Assembly (NCBI GenBank): GCA_045602005.1
Contig: JAZSAS010000085.1
Location: 1,230 to 65,229 of the forward strand
Length of the DNA: 64,000 nucleotides
Direction of reading: 5' to 3'
Source: Clostridia bacterium
Lineage (GTDB): Bacteria > Bacillota > Clostridia > UBA1381 > UBA9506
Shown: positions 18,572 to 27,226 of the stretch, in pieces
How positions within the stretch are numbered: position 1 is the first letter of the stretch
Layout: every line of letters begins with the position of its first letter
Translations under genes and position numbers: made by a program
The notes under the pieces: model-generated
The model's database searches: none
What the model was told of the DNA's origin: nothing
The model's input: the letters and a program-made list of their open reading frames with translations, nothing else

Positions 18572-19369
18572 TTATCCCAATGCTTGGTGTGCTTTGTCTA
18601 CCACATCTTTGGCGGCAGACACCGCCAAAAGAGAAGAGACATTCTTTTTTAAATAAATTAAATATTCAATGTTGCCCTCCGGACCTTTCACAGGGGAGAA
18701 GTCTAATCCCAAAACACCGAAGCCTTGTTCTGTGACTAACCCAAAGATTTTCTCAATAACCTCAAGGTGCACCGCAGGGTCACGGACAACACCTTTTTTT
18801 CCAACCTTTTCACGACCTGCCTCAAATTGAGGTTTTATCAAAAAAACAGCAGGGGCCTCGTTCTTCAGTAGTCGATAAACAACCGGAATCACATGAAACA
18901 GTGAAATAAACGATACATCAGCAGATGCAAAATCAAGGGGTTCCGGCACTTGCTCTTCTGTTACATTTCGAATGTTGGTTCGTTCCAGATTGATAACCCG
19001 AGGGTCATTGCGTAATTTCCAGGCAAGCTGACCATAGCCAACATCCACGGCATAAACCTTGCTGGCGCCGTTCTGGAGCATTAAATCTGTAAAACCGCCA
19101 GTAGATGCTCCGGTATCCATACAGACCTTATCTGTAAAAGAAAGGTTGAAAACCTTCATTGCTTTTTCCAGCTTCAAGCCGCCACGGCTAACATAAGCCA
19201 GCGTCTTGCCACGCACTTCAACGATTTGTTCAGGAGAAATCAGCGTGCCGGGTTTATCACACTTTTGATTGTCAACATACACAATACCGGTCATGATAAT
19301 GGCTTTTGCTTTTTCACGGCTTTCAGCCAAATTTCGTTCTGTCAATATAATATCAAGCCTGGTTTTCAA
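18572..19369 (-). CDS. tlyA: TlyA-family rRNA (cytidine-2'-O)-methyltransferase
   Basis: 265 aa with an N-terminal S4-like domain plus an FtsJ-type methyltransferase domain (DTGASTGGFTD). Confidence 0.85.
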   Translation of the reverse strand: MKTRLDIILTERNLAESREKAKAIIMTGIVYVDNQKCDKPGTLISPEQIVEVRGKTLAYVSRGGLKLEKAMKVFNLSFTDKVCMDTGASTGGFTDLMLQNGASKVYAVDVGYGQLAWKLRNDPRVINLERTNIRNVTEEQVPEPLDFASADVSFISLFHVIPVVYRLLKNEAPAVFLIKPQFEAGREKVGKKGVVRDPAVHLEVIEKIFGLVTEQGFGVLGLDFSPVKGPEGNIEYLIYLKKNVSSLLAVSAAKDVVDKAHQALG

Positions 19370-19384
19370 GCCTCTTCCCTCGCT

Positions 19385-20023
19385 TTATTTTACCGTCTTT
19401 TTATAATAGTCACAAACGCTTTGTAAACCGCAAAGTGAGCATTTTGGTCCTCTTGCCGTGCAGAGCTTCCGTCCGTGGTATACCAATTGATGACAGAAGG
19501 TGCTGCCATATTCCGGCGGAACAATCTTCCACAGATCCATTTCGATTTTTGTGGGGTCAGTGTGCTTTGTCAACCCCAGTCTTCCGGTGATGCGTTTTGC
19601 ATGGGTATCAACCACGATGGATGGTTGTCCAAAAGCATCGCCCATGAGCAAATTTGCTGTCTTTCGCCCTACACCGGGAAGACTTAATAGTTCATCCATG
19701 GTTTGCGGCACAACACCGCCAAAATCTGCTAACAGCTTTTGGGCACAGGCAATCAGGTTTCGTGTCTTGTTATGATAAAAACCGGTGGATTTAACGGCTT
19801 CCTCCATCTCGTGAATATCTGCCTCTGCAAAGGCTTTAACAGTTGGATATTTTGCAAAAAGAGAAGGGGTTACCTGATTGACACGGGCATCGGTACACTG
19901 TGCTGCAAGTTGGGTTGCCACCAAAAGCTGAAAGGGGTCGGTATAACACAGTGAACAATCAGCGTCAGCATACGTGGTAGAGAAATATTCCTTAATTTTA
20001 AGAATTTTTTCCTTTTTTGTCAT
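19385..20023 (-). CDS. nth: endonuclease III (DNA glycosylase/AP lyase)
   Basis: 212 aa with HhH-GPD (LPGVGRKTAN), a catalytic Lys/Asp region and a C-terminal CX6CX2CX5C iron-sulfur loop. Confidence 0.9.
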   Translation of the reverse strand: MTKKEKILKIKEYFSTTYADADCSLCYTDPFQLLVATQLAAQCTDARVNQVTPSLFAKYPTVKAFAEADIHEMEEAVKSTGFYHNKTRNLIACAQKLLADFGGVVPQTMDELLSLPGVGRKTANLLMGDAFGQPSIVVDTHAKRITGRLGLTKHTDPTKIEMDLWKIVPPEYGSTFCHQLVYHGRKLCTARGPKCSLCGLQSVCDYYKKTVK

Positions 20024-20035
20024 TTTGGTCTCTCT

Positions 20036-21655
20036 TTATTGTACGGAAATGACTTGTTCCACGTAAGATTTTTCGCCGGATGCACTGATGGAACGGATGC
20101 TGTCACCTGTGGCAATATCAAGATAGATGGTGTCGCCCTGTTTAAGCTGCATGTCTGCCTGTTCTAAGCCATCTGCAACAGCAAAGAGGTCAACCAGCGT
20201 TTTTGTGCCGCTTAAACTGTTAATGGTGCAGGCCACACGCATGGTGTAGCCAATTTCGTTTTCACAAACTAACGAGGGATAGTAGGTTAAATCAATATCT
20301 GCACCTGAAACGGCATTCACAGCATTTTTCACAAAGCATAAAATGCTGTTGAAAACAGAATCAAATTCCCGTGCAAAGTTATAGGTTTCTGCCGGTGTGG
20401 TTTTAGCGCTGACAAAAGGCGTTGTGTATAATGCAGCAGGCATGCCCTCCAGCATAACACGAAAATCACCGTATGACTCAGGAGTCAGCAGGAGAGAATG
20501 ATTGGTTTTTGTGTGTGCACCAACAACATCGGGTATGGTGCTGGTATCTGTCTGCGAACCAATAATTCTGTCAAAAAGCAGACAAAGGGCTGTGAATTCC
20601 TCTATGGTAATGGGAGCATTTAAATCTTCTTTTAATGAAATAATGCCGTTATTCTTTGCAAAAGTCAGACAAACGTTCATCATTGTTGTTATAGACTTTG
20701 GTAGACCTTCAGTCATATCACCATAAATCATGCTTTCATGGGATTTTGAAATAAACTGGTAAGTTAAGGCTGCAACGGTATCTCCAAAATTAGCAGCCTT
20801 GTCAGCAAATGTAGCACTTGCACGGTCTGTTCCCAAACAATCAGTAAACACAATGGTTACATCTAATGCATAGGGATGCTCGAACGTTGGCTTGGCTGTT
20901 GTGCCATGATAAGTCAAATTGGTTTCCTCAGCACCAATGCGCAGAACAGCACGGGACATTTCACCGTTTGTCATTGTGTCTGCAGGGGCATAGGGTTCAT
21001 CGCCGAACAGCTTTAAACCATTATATACATTCTTTAAAATTTCATCATTCACAATTTGTGCAAAGCTTTCCTTGGTTTGTGCTGCCGAGCGGGCACGAAC
21101 AATCAACGTTGCAGCTTCTGCACGGCTTAACGTGTCTGAAAGACGGAGATTAATGCCGTCGCCGTCGCCACGGATTAAGCCGGTTGTGTATACCCAAGCC
21201 ACAGCCTCTGGTGCTTTTTTATATTGTGAGGTAATCAGCGAGGGAACAAAAACATCTGTTTGAACCTTGCCGCCACGATTCCATAAAAGCTCAGCCACCA
21301 ATCCACGTGTAATCGGCTGGTCGGGCAGGAATGAGTTTGTTCCGTCCTCAGGGAATGATGCATTCATAACATAAGTATATGCCCAGTGTTCCGGTGCAAC
21401 GTCGCTATAATTCTGAGGTCTTGCAACAGAACCAAGCCCCAGCATTTTAACAAATTCAGCACGAGTCACAGTGCCATTTGGACGAAAACTACCATCTTCA
21501 TAACCGGAAACCGTACCGTCTGCCACCAAAGTCTGCACCGGTGCATATGCCCAGTGTTCCTCTGCCATATCAGAAAAAACCTGTGCTGAAACACCAAAAG
21601 CACATACCGAAGCAAGGAGTGAAGTAATCAGGGTCAAAACCAAAATTTTTCTCAT
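20036..21655 (-). CDS. secreted S-layer-homology (SLH) domain protein, C-terminal part unknown
   Basis: Signal peptide MRKILVLTLITSLLASVCAFGVSA, then SLH repeats (FSDMAEEHWAYAPV..., YSDVAPEHWAYTYV...). About 340 further residues have no recognised motif. Confidence 0.8.
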   Translation of the reverse strand: MRKILVLTLITSLLASVCAFGVSAQVFSDMAEEHWAYAPVQTLVADGTVSGYEDGSFRPNGTVTRAEFVKMLGLGSVARPQNYSDVAPEHWAYTYVMNASFPEDGTNSFLPDQPITRGLVAELLWNRGGKVQTDVFVPSLITSQYKKAPEAVAWVYTTGLIRGDGDGINLRLSDTLSRAEAATLIVRARSAAQTKESFAQIVNDEILKNVYNGLKLFGDEPYAPADTMTNGEMSRAVLRIGAEETNLTYHGTTAKPTFEHPYALDVTIVFTDCLGTDRASATFADKAANFGDTVAALTYQFISKSHESMIYGDMTEGLPKSITTMMNVCLTFAKNNGIISLKEDLNAPITIEEFTALCLLFDRIIGSQTDTSTIPDVVGAHTKTNHSLLLTPESYGDFRVMLEGMPAALYTTPFVSAKTTPAETYNFAREFDSVFNSILCFVKNAVNAVSGADIDLTYYPSLVCENEIGYTMRVACTINSLSGTKTLVDLFAVADGLEQADMQLKQGDTIYLDIATGDSIRSISASGEKSYVEQVISVQ

Positions 21656-21696
21656 CTTTTGTGCCTCCTTAAAACATTAAATTAATAATCAAATTA

Positions 21697-21725
21697 ATTG
21701 TAACATATATTTAAGCATTCTGCAA
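21697..21725 (-). promoter_or_regulatory. sigma-A promoter with extended -10 for the SLH gene (TTGCAG-17-TGtTACAAT)
   Basis: On the minus strand, TTGCAG (21725-21720) and TACAAT (21702-21697) preceded by TG. AAGGAGG lies upstream of the ATG at 21655. Confidence 0.5.
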
Positions 21726-21757
21726 GTGACATTCTGTGATTATTTTGAATTTAACTC

Positions 21758-21786
21758 TTGTTTTTTTTGCTACAATATAGTAAAAT
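21758..21786 (+). promoter_or_regulatory. candidate promoter of the pqqD-like operon (TTGTTT-17-TAAAAT; an overlapping TGcTACAAT extended -10 at 21768-21776 is an alternative)
   Basis: Consensus-like hexamers only, and the two overlapping candidates cannot be discriminated. Confidence 0.4.
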
Positions 21787-21816
21787 GAAAACAGTATATA
21801 AAAAGGATGTGCCTGA

Positions 21817-22086
21817 ATGAAAATTAAAGATGGTTTCGTTTTAAAGACAATTGCTGATAGCACGGTGGCTGTGCCGGTGGGAGACAACCTTGTGAATCTC
21901 CAATTGATGCTAACGTTGAATGAAAGCGGAGCATATCTCTGGAAATGCCTTGAAAAAGATTGCACAGAGGATGACCTTGTTGCAGCAATGACATCTGAAT
22001 ATAATATTGATGCACAAACTGCCCGGACAGATGTAGAGGAGTTTTTGACAATTTTAAAGGAGAATCATATTTTAGATGAAGCCTGA
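21817..22086 (+). CDS. PqqD-family protein (stand-alone RiPP-recognition-element-like peptide chaperone)
   Basis: 89 aa: MKIKDGFVLKTIADSTVAVPVGDNLVNLQLMLTLNESGAYLWKCLEKDCTEDDLVAAMTSEYNIDAQTARTDVEEFLTILKENHIL. It shows the beta-strands plus three-helix pattern and LNESGAxLW motif typical of clostridial PqqD-family proteins. RBS AAAAGGA lies upstream. Confidence 0.8.
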   Translation: MKIKDGFVLKTIADSTVAVPVGDNLVNLQLMLTLNESGAYLWKCLEKDCTEDDLVAAMTSEYNIDAQTARTDVEEFLTILKENHILDEA

Positions 22087-22561
22087 TGTTAGTCATAAAC
22101 AAATTCCTACAGAGATTTTGTTACCGTTTCTTAAAGAGCTTTTGCAGAACGGAAAATCTGTGAATATGACCGTAACAGGCAACAGCATGTTGCCGTTGTT
22201 TCGGGATAAAATGGATAGCGTGCTTTTAGAGCGCCCCGGCATAATCAAGAAGTTTGATATTGTGCTGTACGTTAAGGAAGACGGTCAGGCAATTTTGCAT
22301 CGAATTGTTAAATGCCGCAAGGATGGATATATGATAGTGGGGGACAACCAGATTCAGCTAGATGGCCCCATCGCGCCTTCTCAGATTGTGGCAGTGGTAA
22401 CCGGTTTTTACCGTAACAAACATTTTTTTCCTTGCACGAAATGGTGGTGTAGGCTTTATGGTTTTGTGTGGGGACATTTGCGCTTAGTCAGACGGCCTCT
22501 GATTCCGCTGCTTTATAGCGGATTACGTTTGATGAAACGGATAGAACGAATGGGGAAATAG
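22076..22561 (+). CDS. S24/S26-family serine peptidase (signal-peptidase/LexA-like Ser-Lys dyad)
   Basis: 161 aa with TGNSMLPLF (nucleophile Ser box), HRIVK (candidate general-base Lys) and VGDNQ box. The start overlaps the pqqD-like gene by 11 nt. Confidence 0.7.
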   Translation: MKPDVSHKQIPTEILLPFLKELLQNGKSVNMTVTGNSMLPLFRDKMDSVLLERPGIIKKFDIVLYVKEDGQAILHRIVKCRKDGYMIVGDNQIQLDGPIAPSQIVAVVTGFYRNKHFFPCTKWWCRLYGFVWGHLRLVRRPLIPLLYSGLRLMKRIERMGK

Positions 22562-22562
22562 A

Positions 22563-24212
22563 ATGAAATGGTTGATTAAAAGAACAAAATTTGTTTGGCC
22601 CGGTGTTTTTCTTTTGACCCTGACAGGAATGCTCACCTCTTTGGTGGGTGTTCTTTTTGCGCTTCTTTCTAAGCGCGTCATTGATATTGCTACAGGGCAG
22701 CAAAGCGGTGACCTGATTTTTGAAGGGTTTGTTCTGTTTGGCTTTTTGTTTCTTCAGCTTGTGTTAGAAGTTCTGGAATCTGTGGCTGATATTCAAATTA
22801 CAGGACGATTTAACATCCGCTTTAAAACAGAGTTTTTCAAAAGACTTTTGAGAAAAGATTATTTAAAAATTTCTGAATTTCATTCCGGCGAACTGTTAAA
22901 CCGCATTAACAGCGATGTTGCTTCTGTGCAGACAGGTTTAACCCAAATGCTGCCGCAGCTGGCTTTTTATTTTACGAAAATTATTGCTTGTTTTTTTGCT
23001 CTTTATGCGCTTGACCCTCAGTTTGCACTGCTGTGCCTGTGCCTTGGACCATTCGTTTTTCTGATTGCTTTATTATACAGAAAAAAGATGAAGCATTTGC
23101 ACAAAAGCTATCAGATGGCTGACGGCAGAGCAAAATCATTCATGCAGGAAACACTGAAGAATATTCTTGTGATTAAATCTTTTGGCAGTGCAACACCGGC
23201 GGCAGATAAAAGCCGCAAGTTGCTCCATGAGCTGTTTCGGGTGAGTGTTAAAAAGAACCGACTCAGCATTTTGGCAAACGTCTTTTTTTACATTGCTCTC
23301 ACTGCCGGTTATTATTTTGCATTGGCATGGGGCGCCTACAAGATTGCAAACGATGTTATGACCTTTGGTACCCTGACAGCTCTTTTGCAGCTGGTGGGGC
23401 AAATTCAAGCACCATTTCAGGGCCTTTCTGCACTGTTTCCGCAATATTATGCCATGGCGGCTTCTGCTGAACGTTTGAAAGAGCTTGAAATGTTGCCTGA
23501 TGACCATACCCAAAACCAAACCCCGTGGGATGGGGAACAATGGTCTGAAATTCGCCTTTCGGGCATTTCTTTTGGCTATCGTGATGAACCAATTTTAACA
23601 CAAACTGATTTTTCGGTTAAAGCGGGGGAGTTTGTGGTGATTTCAGGTGCCTCCGGCACCGGAAAGAGCACACTCCTGAAAGTGATGATGGGGATTTTAT
23701 CGCCCAAAGGAGGGACGGCTTCTTTGGTGCTGCCAGACGGAACAGAGCGACCTTTGTTTCAAGAAACGAAACGTTTATTTTCTTATGTACCCCAGGGAAA
23801 TCTGATTGTTTCGGGAACCATTCGGGGAAATATTGCTTTCTTTAAAACCGATGTGACCGATGAAATGATGATTCAAGCCGCCCGCGATGCACAAATCTGG
23901 GATTTTATAGAATCGTTGCCTGAAGGACTCGATACCCAGCTGGGCGAAGGCGGTCTGGGGCTTTCTGAAGGTCAGATTCAGCGACTTGCTGTGGCACGTG
24001 CGTTGGTTCATGATGCACCAGTGCTGCTCTTAGACGAATCTACCTCGGCACTGGATGAAGAAACAGAGCAGGCCCTTTTATCAGCGCTGAAAAACCGGCA
24101 CGATAAAACATGCATTTTGGTTTCCCACAAAAAAGCGGCTTTGGCTTTTTGTGACAGAGTTTTTCATTTTGAAGGAGAAGAGTCTGAAACAGTCCAAGAA
24201 GAAAAAATGTAA
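22563..24212 (+). CDS. ABC exporter, fused permease/ATPase (type I exporter fold), no peptidase domain
   Basis: 549 aa with an N-terminal 6-TM domain, Walker A GASGTGKST, signature LSEGQIQR and Walker B LLLDEST. The ATG is 1 nt after the peptidase stop. Confidence 0.85.
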   Translation: MKWLIKRTKFVWPGVFLLTLTGMLTSLVGVLFALLSKRVIDIATGQQSGDLIFEGFVLFGFLFLQLVLEVLESVADIQITGRFNIRFKTEFFKRLLRKDYLKISEFHSGELLNRINSDVASVQTGLTQMLPQLAFYFTKIIACFFALYALDPQFALLCLCLGPFVFLIALLYRKKMKHLHKSYQMADGRAKSFMQETLKNILVIKSFGSATPAADKSRKLLHELFRVSVKKNRLSILANVFFYIALTAGYYFALAWGAYKIANDVMTFGTLTALLQLVGQIQAPFQGLSALFPQYYAMAASAERLKELEMLPDDHTQNQTPWDGEQWSEIRLSGISFGYRDEPILTQTDFSVKAGEFVVISGASGTGKSTLLKVMMGILSPKGGTASLVLPDGTERPLFQETKRLFSYVPQGNLIVSGTIRGNIAFFKTDVTDEMMIQAARDAQIWDFIESLPEGLDTQLGEGGLGLSEGQIQRLAVARALVHDAPVLLLDESTSALDEETEQALLSALKNRHDKTCILVSHKKAALAFCDRVFHFEGEESETVQEEKM

Positions 24213-24229
24213 AAAATTTAAAAAAAAGA

Positions 24230-24258
24230 TAGACATGAGAAGAAATTTGTGGTACAAT
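24230..24258 (+). promoter_or_regulatory. sigma-A promoter of the pyr operon (TAGACA-17-TGgTACAAT)
   Basis: TAGACA at 24230-24235 and TACAAT at 24253-24258 preceded by TG. Confidence 0.5.
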
Positions 24259-24289
24259 AAATAACAATAACAATTGAATAATTTACACA

Positions 24290-24399
24290 TGCCTTTAAAT
24301 CGGTACAGAGATGCTGATAAGGTGCACACATCAGATAACGGGAACTATCTAAAAATCTACCTGTATGCTCTTATTGCGTCTTGCAGTAAGAGCTTTTTT
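24290..24399 (+). promoter_or_regulatory. PyrR-binding transcription attenuator (binding loop plus terminator)
   Basis: CCUUUAAAUCGGUACAGAGAUGCUGAUAAGG (24292-24322) resembles the PyrR binding loop (..UC.CAGAGA.GCU..AAGG). The terminator has an 11-bp stem GCTCTTATTGC / GCAGTAAGAGC (24367-24393) followed by TTTTTT. It lies immediately upstream of pyrR. Confidence 0.65.
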
Positions 24400-24432
24400 A
24401 ATACCTGAACAATTTTAAAAGGAGGCAGCTTT

Positions 24433-24990
24433 ATGGAGCAGAATCGTTCCAGCATCATGGATGATGCCGCTATGCAGCGAGCAATTACCCGTATTGCATT
24501 TGAAATCATTGAAAAAAACAAAGGAACTGAAAATCTGGCCTTGATTGGCATTCAGCGTCGGGGTGTTTTAATGGCAAACCGCCTGAAAGAGAAGCTGGAA
24601 GAGCTGGAGGGCAAGGAAGTGCCCATGGGCATTTTAGACATTACCTTTTACCGTGATGACTTAAGCTTGCGTTCTGACATGCCTGTTATCAACGGCACAA
24701 GCATTGATTTTATGGTGATTGATAAAAAAATTGTGCTGGTAGATGATGTGCTTTTCACAGGTCGCACAGCCCGTGCCGCCATGGAGGCCATGATGGAGTT
24801 GGGACGTGCTCAAAAAATTGAACTGGCTGTTATGGTTGACCGTGGTCACAGAGAACTGCCCATACGTGCGGATTATGTAGGAAAAAATATTCCCACTTCC
24901 CGGAATGAAATTGTGCATGTTTGTTTTGATGAACTAGATGGCTATAACGAAGTTTCTCTGGAAAAAATCTCTGATGTTTCCCAGAACTAA
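24433..24990 (+). CDS. pyrR: bifunctional pyr operon attenuation protein / uracil phosphoribosyltransferase
   Basis: 185 aa with a PRPP-binding motif VLVDDVLFTGRT and a typical PyrR N-terminus. Confidence 0.95.
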   Translation: MEQNRSSIMDDAAMQRAITRIAFEIIEKNKGTENLALIGIQRRGVLMANRLKEKLEELEGKEVPMGILDITFYRDDLSLRSDMPVINGTSIDFMVIDKKIVLVDDVLFTGRTARAAMEAMMELGRAQKIELAVMVDRGHRELPIRADYVGKNIPTSRNEIVHVCFDELDGYNEVSLEKISDVSQN

Positions 24991-25002
24991 CAGGAGGATA
25001 AC

Positions 25003-25923
25003 ATGAAGCTTGTTAATAAAGATTTATTAGGAATGAAAGAGCTGTCGGCAGAGGAGATTCGCTATATTCTCTATCAGGCAGAAATCATGAAAAACATTTT
25101 AAATCAAAACGCAAAAAAAACACCCCATTTGCAGGGAAAAACCGTGGTAACACTGTTTTATGAAAACAGCACCCGCACACGAATGTCCTTTGAACTGGCA
25201 TCTAAATACATGAGTGCCAACGCTGCCAACATGACAGCCTCCGGCTCCAGTGTGCAGAAAGGCGAAAGCCTGATTGATACAGCCAGAACACTGGATGTTA
25301 TGGGAACAGACGTGATTGTCATTCGTCACCAGATGTCCGGTGCGCCTCATCTCATTGCAAAGCATGTCAACGCTGCGGTTGTCAACGCCGGCGACGGCAT
25401 GAACGAACATCCCACGCAGTCTTTGCTTGACCTTCTCACTATGAAGGAAAAGAAAGGCAGAATTGAGGGGCTTAAAGTTGCCATCATTGGCGATATTTCT
25501 CACAGCCGTGTGGCACGTTCTAATATTTATGCTTTAAACAAACTGGGAGCTGAGGTTGTGCTGGGCGCTCCGGCAACCTTAATTCCTCGTGACATTCAGG
25601 AGTTGGGTGTTGAAACCCATGAAAATGTGGAAAAAGCAATTAAAGGTGCCGACGTTGTTATGTGTCTGCGCCTGCAGAAGGAACGTCAACAAAGCGGTCT
25701 TTTGCCCAGCATGCGGGAATATTCCAAATTTTTTGGCTTAAATTCCGAGCGCTTGAAGCTGGCTAAGGAAGATGCCATTATTATGCATCCCGGTCCTGTC
25801 AATCGTGGCATTGAGCTTTGCACAGAGGTTATGGATTCTGACCGTGCTGTGATTGATGAGCAGGTAACCAATGGCGTAGCAGTGCGCATGGCTGTTCTGA
25901 ACATTCTGGCGAAAAGGAGCTGA
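25003..25923 (+). CDS. pyrB: aspartate carbamoyltransferase catalytic subunit
   Basis: 306 aa with STRTR and HPTQ motifs. Confidence 0.95.
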   Translation: MKLVNKDLLGMKELSAEEIRYILYQAEIMKNILNQNAKKTPHLQGKTVVTLFYENSTRTRMSFELASKYMSANAANMTASGSSVQKGESLIDTARTLDVMGTDVIVIRHQMSGAPHLIAKHVNAAVVNAGDGMNEHPTQSLLDLLTMKEKKGRIEGLKVAIIGDISHSRVARSNIYALNKLGAEVVLGAPATLIPRDIQELGVETHENVEKAIKGADVVMCLRLQKERQQSGLLPSMREYSKFFGLNSERLKLAKEDAIIMHPGPVNRGIELCTEVMDSDRAVIDEQVTNGVAVRMAVLNILAKRS

Positions 25924-25924
25924 A

Positions 25925-27214
25925 ATGATGAAAATTTTAATTAAAGGTGGCAGAGTGATTGACCCTGCCAGCGGTGCCGACGGCATTCGTGACGTATATA
26001 TTGAAGACGGAATTATTAAAAAAATCAGCGAGGGATTGGCAGCAGAATTAAAAGACAATGATATAAAAATCATTGATGCTCAAAATAAAATTGTTGCCCC
26101 GGGTCTTGTGGACATGCATTGCCATCTTCGTGAACCGGGACAGGAATATAAAGAAGATATTGCAAGCGGCACGCTTTCGGCAGCTAAAGGCGGTTTCACT
26201 TCTGTGGCCTGTATGCCTAACACCACACCGGTTTTAGACAACGCTGCCTTGATTGAGTTTGTGAAAAACAAAGCTGCTTCTGTTGGCAGTGCACATGTAT
26301 ATCCCATTGGTGCTGTGAGCAAGGGACTGCAGGGTGAACTGCTGGCAGAAATTGGCGATATGAAAGAGGCGGGAGCTGTTGCTGTTTCTGATGACGGTCG
26401 TCCTGTTTCCAACCCTGAACTTATGCGACGTGCCATGGAATATGGTGACATGTTCGACATGCTGGTGATTTCTCATTGTGAGGACCTTTCTTTAGTGGCC
26501 GGCGGCAGTATGAATGAAGGTGCCGTATCCACCCGTCTTGGCTTAAAAGGCATTCCAAACGCTGCAGAAGAAGTGCAGATTGCCCGTGATATCATCTTGG
26601 CCAAGGAAACAGGAAAACGGGTTCACATTGCCCACGTCAGCACAGCCGGCGGGGTGGAAATTATCCGTCAGGCAAAGAAACAGGGCGTTCGGGTAACAGC
26701 AGAAACCTGTCCCCATTATTTCACTTTAACAGAAGAAGCGACAGAAGGATATAACACCAATGCCAAAATGAATCCGCCGCTGAGAACGCAGAAGGATGTA
26801 GATGCTGTGATTGCCGGTTTGGCTGATGGCACCTTAGATGCCATTGCAACCGACCATGCACCTCACCATGTTGACGAAAAAAATGTTGAGTTTGCCGTTG
26901 CCTTAAACGGCATTGTTGGTTTTGAAACGGCTTTGGCTCTGGGTATCACCTATTTGGTGCGTGAAAAGCACCTTTCTTTAGATGCGTTTTTACGAACAAT
27001 GACTTCTGCACCGGCTGCTATCTTAAATATTCCTGCCGGCAGATTAGAAGAAAATGCACCTGCTGATGTGGTGGTTTTTGATATGGATGAACCTTATGAA
27101 GTGGATGTAAATAGCTTTGCTTCTAAATCAAAAAATTCACCTTATCACGGTTTTACTGTTTACGGTAGAGTTGATGCCACCATCACCGGTGGTAAACTGG
27201 TTTATAAAAGATAA
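25925..27214 (+). CDS. pyrC: dihydroorotase
   Basis: 429 aa with a DMHCHLREPG metal motif, in pyr operon context. Confidence 0.9.
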   Translation: MMKILIKGGRVIDPASGADGIRDVYIEDGIIKKISEGLAAELKDNDIKIIDAQNKIVAPGLVDMHCHLREPGQEYKEDIASGTLSAAKGGFTSVACMPNTTPVLDNAALIEFVKNKAASVGSAHVYPIGAVSKGLQGELLAEIGDMKEAGAVAVSDDGRPVSNPELMRRAMEYGDMFDMLVISHCEDLSLVAGGSMNEGAVSTRLGLKGIPNAAEEVQIARDIILAKETGKRVHIAHVSTAGGVEIIRQAKKQGVRVTAETCPHYFTLTEEATEGYNTNAKMNPPLRTQKDVDAVIAGLADGTLDAIATDHAPHHVDEKNVEFAVALNGIVGFETALALGITYLVREKHLSLDAFLRTMTSAPAAILNIPAGRLEENAPADVVVFDMDEPYEVDVNSFASKSKNSPYHGFTVYGRVDATITGGKLVYKR

Positions 27215-27226
27215 TGGAGGTGCCAT

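Noticed and set aside
21785-21820. 11-codon uORF (MKTVYKKDVPE) whose TGA overlaps the pqqD-like ATG (ATGA). I considered it as a leader peptide or RiPP precursor.
   Set aside because: It has no SD, and one of the two candidate promoters would start transcription downstream of its ATG. It simply spans the RBS of the next gene, and it is too short and lacks Cys/Ser/Thr-rich core features.
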